From Eledone cirrhosa (taxonomy: Eukaryota), in NCBI GenBank assembly GCA_964016885.1, contig OZ024741.1, forward strand, positions 203,236,001 through 203,300,000: a stretch of 64,000 bases of DNA, read 5' to 3'. This document shows positions 59,376-64,000 of this stretch, piece by piece. The notes below the pieces were generated by a model. That model did not search any database. It was not told the DNA's origin and saw only the letters and a list, made by a program, of their open reading frames with translations. The translations under genes and the position numbers were made by a program. Position 1 is the stretch's first letter; each line of letters starts with the position of its first letter.

Positions 59376-59504
59376 AAGTTATATTTAAAATTGTTGGGTT
59401 ACAACTAGTAAATATTTATAACTGATATAAAAGCACTCGACAAATACTTGGAGTATATTTACAATATTAAATAAATGGAAAACTATATTTATAAAACCAT
59501 ATTT

Positions 59505-59568
59505 ATTTCATTATATATATTTCGGGGATATCATATTAACAATATGCTATGCCTTCATCAGACAAAAT
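59505..59568 (-). ncRNA. Type I hammerhead in the 3' pLTR
   Basis: attttgt-CTGATGA-...catatt/aatatg...-GAAA-tatata-TA^atgaaat. Confidence 0.8.
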
Positions 59569-59932
59569 ACAATATAAACAGTTTTATAGATAAATATATT
59601 CGACATACCGTAATAAACATCAACTTCATTTGAAGAGGTTCACTCTAGCAGTGAAAATACAGAGAGAAAGAAAGAGAGAGAGAAAAGAGGGAAATAAGAA
59701 AGAAAGAAAGACGAAACGAAGAAAAGGAAGAAAAAGAAGAAAAAGAAGAAATGCATGGGACAAAATAGAGAGATGGAAAAATAGATAAAGCGAAGAGCTT
59801 CATGTAAAGAGACCGAAAGAGATATATATATATATAGAGAGAGAGGAAATAGAGATAGATACATATATAAATATAGATATAGAAAAATTAGGTAGTGGGA
59901 GGTCATTTTGAGTAAGTGTATCAATGATGCAT

Positions 59933-59967
<35 letters not shown>

Positions 59968-61087
59968 GCTCAAGTATTAATGTAAGGGAGATATAGAGAG
60001 ATATAGAGAGATATAGAGAGAGAAAAATTTAAAAATAGCCAGACATATTCGAGGCGTAGAAAACCCTATGTTTTAATGTATTAGTATTTATAAAACTTAC
60101 ACTATATTGTAAATATCAGTATTCCTGAATGAAACAAGTATTCACAATGCGTGAAAATTCATTATCTTATGTTTAGTTTTTTAAAAAATTCATATGTCTA
60201 TGTGAATCCAACTGATTCACTCCGCAAATTCAAAGTTACCGGAAAACATTCTCAATGTGGTATAAACATTTGAGCGTATTATTATTCTTGCGATTACTCT
60301 ACAAGATTATCTATCAAGCAGAAATAGAGAGCAGATTTCAATATACTAATCGAAAATATATATTATATTATAAGCAGAGATAACAATAATGATAATAAGT
60401 AAAAATATATAAAAATATAAAAATATAGAATAGAAAACTAAAAAAGAATATTACGAAAGAATATTACATAATAAAAATATTGCATATTAAAAATACTATG
60501 TTTTAAAATTATTACGTATTAAAACTTTACATATAAAAATATTAAAAATAAAAATAAAATAAAATAAAATAAAAAAAAAATAAAAAATAAAAATATAAAA
60601 ATATTATAGAATACTACAATACTAAAAGAATAAAAATAAAAATAAAAATAAAAATAAAAATAAAAAAAATAAAAATAAAAATAAAATAAAAATAAAAAAT
60701 AAACCACAAAGAACAACCCTTCAAGGTTAATTGACAATATATTGCCAAGTTCACTACAAGACAAAGCCAAAATTATCTATCAAATCACATCTAGCAAGGA
60801 ATATCGCAAAAAAAAAAAAAGGTTATGATGTCCAATAATGTCTACATATGTTCCTATATTTAATATATAAGTTTATCAAGTGTAAGGTTAATTCATAAAA
60901 TTTGGAGCATCGGCTTTTAGGGTAGCTTAATTTTTCATGAGGAATGTTTAGATAAAAATAAAAATAAAAAATAAATACAATAAAAATAAATACAATAAAA
61001 TAAACAGTAAAAAGAGGGAATCAAAGATTTAGGAATCAAAAGATTTATCGGCTAGTTCTCATATAAATATAAATCAAACTAAATATA

Positions 61088-63301
61088 CTACATTTTAAAT
61101 TTAAATTTATATTTAAACGTTGAGTTTAATCTATGTTTGCAACAACTGAATAAATTTGTCCGTAGGTTAAGGGAATTTTTAGATTTTAGTATAAAGAATA
61201 TCTCCTCTGCGCAGAGGTCACATGTCTCAGAGGATGAATTAAAAGGAATCCCTCTTGAGACTATATTCCAAGCCGTCGAATATCTAACGTTATCTAGCTT
61301 AAGTTGCCAGAGTACACCTGATAGTGCCGTTGAAGATTTTTTATTTGGATCTGTGAAAGAATTCTTGTGGTTATTATAGCGAAGTTTAAATTCCGTCGAT
61401 GTGGAACCGACGTAGTTAAAAGAATTAGAGTCAGTATTAACATTACAATTGTATACTATATTTTTAACTAAGCAGTTGTTATTTAACGGACATTTAGATC
61501 TATCTCTACAGTTGCATTTGTTAACTTGTATATTATTTATGCTATTATCAGTAGTTTTTAAGTTCCTATTATTTATTCTATTAATATTTTGTGCTAAATT
61601 TTTGGTGGATGAATAGGTTAATTTAATTGTATGCCTATTGAAGATTGAGTGGTACCTATGTGTTCTAGGGAAGCGATTATCAAGAGCTTTGAAAAATAAT
61701 TTAGCGATGTGGGTTTTAATGTTTAGTGAGAAAGGGGGGGCAAACCAAATTATGTTCCTAGTTCTATTTCTTTTTTGTCCTTTGGAATTATTGTAATGCT
61801 TTCTATTATAGTTGTTAATGTTGTTGCCATAATTAAAAAAGTTGTTACTTTGTTTAGTTTGTTTATCATTATCTATGTACACAATCTTATCAGCATACCC
61901 TGCCCTAGCTAGTGCATCATTATAGTATTGGGCCTTTTCGTCAAAAATCTTTCTATTCGACGAGATCCTAGAGATACGCTTTTGGACTGAGTTTACTATA
62001 GTGTTTTTGACAGATCTGGGGTGGTTAGAGTTAAAGTTGACATAGTTTAAGTTTTCATTCAACTTGTGAAAAGGATAGTGGAGACATGTGTTGAGATTTA
62101 ATGTTATATCTAGGAAATTGACTATTCTATGGTTGTTCTCAATTTCTATTTTAAGGTTAAAGTAATTAAAAAATTTTGTAATTTGTTTACATTTTCTATT
62201 TAGTTCAGGGTTATTATTATTAATGAGTAAAAGCATGTCATCCCTATATAAACCTCCGGTAGTACCAGGTATTTTCCTATGTAGCGAATTGATTAAAAAT
62301 AAGCCCACAAGGTCAGTTACTTGAGCTGAGTCGGAAGATCCCATAGTTATGTCAAAATTGCTATCTCTATCTGCTCTGGTCCATAATTTGTCATCAAATT
62401 CTATCAAAGTTTTCCTAGCCGATAATATAATATGCATTTCTTTGCTAGTTAGGTCCGTATGTTTGAATGCGTAATTTAGTGCCTTATTTAGTAGACTAGG
62501 GGTAATAGAAGAATAATAGTTAGCTATATCAAGTTGAATAAACCTATTATTATTGTCATATTTAATTTGCCTAAACCACTCAACAACCTCTCCGGTTCCC
62601 TTCCACAAGCTCAGGTTAGATACATAATCCAAGTTCTTAATTTGCAGTATCACCCTGTCAAGAATGTTTTTGCTTAATTTGCCCAGGTCCGATTTTGAAG
62701 GTGCGATTAATCTAACTGGCGGGTCAATCTCAAAATTCCTCTTGTGGTCCTTCATATTGATCTTCGGTTTCCTGGGCACAAAAGGTTGTGTTCTGTTCTC
62801 AATTTCCAACTCATGCATTATACAAGATGCTTCAACATTCATTTTCACAAGTTCGGTCTTATCTGCTACCTTGTATTTTTTCCTCAGCTCTTTCAGTATG
62901 AGGCCATTATACATGTCTTTCTGCACTCCATAGAGGTTGTTGGTCTTGTCAGATTTCACCAAGATCTTCTCAGTTTTCTCTAAGCTCTCAATGTTATCCT
63001 TAATGCCTTTCAGATATTCCTGGCCTTTAAAGTTTCTCTTGAATTTGACCCCTTGTATGATAGAAATTATATCGTTTTCAAAGTCAGATAAAAGTTTGTT
63101 AGGGGGTGGATTTCTTTTAGATTTGAAAACTTTGTTTAAGTCCGAGATATTTTCGTCTGCATTAAATTTATCAAAGTGGAATGCACGCCACCTGATTCTC
63201 CTTATAAAAGAGTCAGATTTATCTATTAGTTGTTTTACAAAGTCTTTGTTTCTAGGTAGAGGTATGTCTTTTAGAGAGGAAGTAATCTTAAAGAATTCCA
63301 T
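61088..63301 (-). CDS. Penelope-like reverse transcriptase plus C-terminal GIY-YIG endonuclease (Naiad-like), 737 aa
   Basis: SLKDIP...RRIRWRA N-terminus, SDKT motif, RT motifs LDIANYY / TMGS / LYRDD / FLDITL, SNHP thumb, CNC..CPL...C linker, NIVY..YVG, CDLC..E, CKHR. Confidence 0.95.
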   Translation of the reverse strand: MEFFKITSSLKDIPLPRNKDFVKQLIDKSDSFIRRIRWRAFHFDKFNADENISDLNKVFKSKRNPPPNKLLSDFENDIISIIQGVKFKRNFKGQEYLKGIKDNIESLEKTEKILVKSDKTNNLYGVQKDMYNGLILKELRKKYKVADKTELVKMNVEASCIMHELEIENRTQPFVPRKPKINMKDHKRNFEIDPPVRLIAPSKSDLGKLSKNILDRVILQIKNLDYVSNLSLWKGTGEVVEWFRQIKYDNNNRFIQLDIANYYSSITPSLLNKALNYAFKHTDLTSKEMHIILSARKTLIEFDDKLWTRADRDSNFDITMGSSDSAQVTDLVGLFLINSLHRKIPGTTGGLYRDDMLLLINNNNPELNRKCKQITKFFNYFNLKIEIENNHRIVNFLDITLNLNTCLHYPFHKLNENLNYVNFNSNHPRSVKNTIVNSVQKRISRISSNRKIFDEKAQYYNDALARAGYADKIVYIDNDKQTKQSNNFFNYGNNINNYNRKHYNNSKGQKRNRTRNIIWFAPPFSLNIKTHIAKLFFKALDNRFPRTHRYHSIFNRHTIKLTYSSTKNLAQNINRINNRNLKTTDNSINNIQVNKCNCRDRSKCPLNNNCLVKNIVYNCNVNTDSNSFNYVGSTSTEFKLRYNNHKNSFTDPNKKSSTALSGVLWQLKLDNVRYSTAWNIVSRGIPFNSSSETCDLCAEEIFFILKSKNSLNLRTNLFSCCKHRLNSTFKYKFKFKM

Positions 63302-63481
63302 TTTTCAGTTATAATATAAAGCGCTCAACAGTATTGGAGCAAGATACATGTAAAGTTATATTTAAAATTGTTGGGTTACAACTAGTAAATATTTATAACT
63401 GATATAAAAGCACTCGACAAATACTTGGAGTATATTTACAATATTAAATAAATGGAAAACTATATTTATAAAACCATATTT

Positions 63482-63545
63482 ATTTCATTATATATATTTC
63501 GGGGATATCATATTAACAATATGCTATGCCTTCATCAGACAAAAT
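63482..63545 (-). ncRNA. Type I hammerhead in the 5' pLTR
   Basis: Same sequence as 59505-59568. Confidence 0.8.
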
Positions 63546-63909
63546 ACAATATAAACAGTTTTATAGATAAATATATTCGACATACCGTAATAAACATCAA
63601 CTTCATTTGAAGAGGTTCACTCTAGCAGTGAAAATACAGAGAGAAAGAAAGAGAGAGAGAAAAGAGGGAAATAAGAAAGAAAGAAAGACGAAACGAAGAA
63701 AAGGAAGAAAAAGAAGAAAAAGAAGAAATGCATGGGACAAAATAGAGAGATGGAAAAATAGATAAAGCGAAGAGCTTCATGTAAAGAGACCGAAAGAGAT
63801 ATATATATATATAGAGAGAGAGGAAATAGAGATAGATACATATATAAATATAGATATAGAAAAATTAGGTAGTGGGAGGTCATTTTGAGTAAGTGTATCA
63901 ATGATGCAT

Positions 63910-63944
<35 letters not shown>

Positions 63945-64000
63945 GCTCAAGTATTAATGTAAGGGAGATATAGAGAGATATAGAGAGATATATATCTATT

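Noticed and set aside
61088-63301. Selenocysteine-recoded Naiad ORF
   Set aside because: The ORF is open throughout with Cys at the conserved positions; no in-frame TGA needs recoding.

Overview
AT-rich, microsatellite-saturated animal genomic DNA. It is probably an octopus/cephalopod, inferred from the SINE content, the (TA)n/(CA)n/(TATG)n density and a spiralian-type Twist. Most ORFs in the track are microsatellite artefacts. The only clear host gene is twist (bHLH plus WR motif, single coding exon, 35744-36334, minus strand). The rest is repeats: an isolated 5S rRNA copy, several tRNA-derived SINE families, RLE-type, CRE-like and RTE LINE remnants, a Helitron remnant, MITEs, and a dense set of Penelope-like elements (PLEs) in (TA)n tracts. 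The PLEs include an apparently intact Naiad-type element (RT plus GIY-YIG, 737 aa, pLTRs about 650 bp that look identical) and a truncated second Naiad. The most striking content is catalytic RNA. There are roughly 30 hammerhead ribozyme (HHR) motifs from several families. They include a 14-copy 310-bp retrozyme-like array whose inversion junction lies at the ribozyme cleavage site, two families with a compensatory U3-A8 core variant, and a duplicated candidate hammerhead whose three strands are in non-circularly permuted order (48.9 and 49.5 kb). All RNA structures were paired by eye and are untested.
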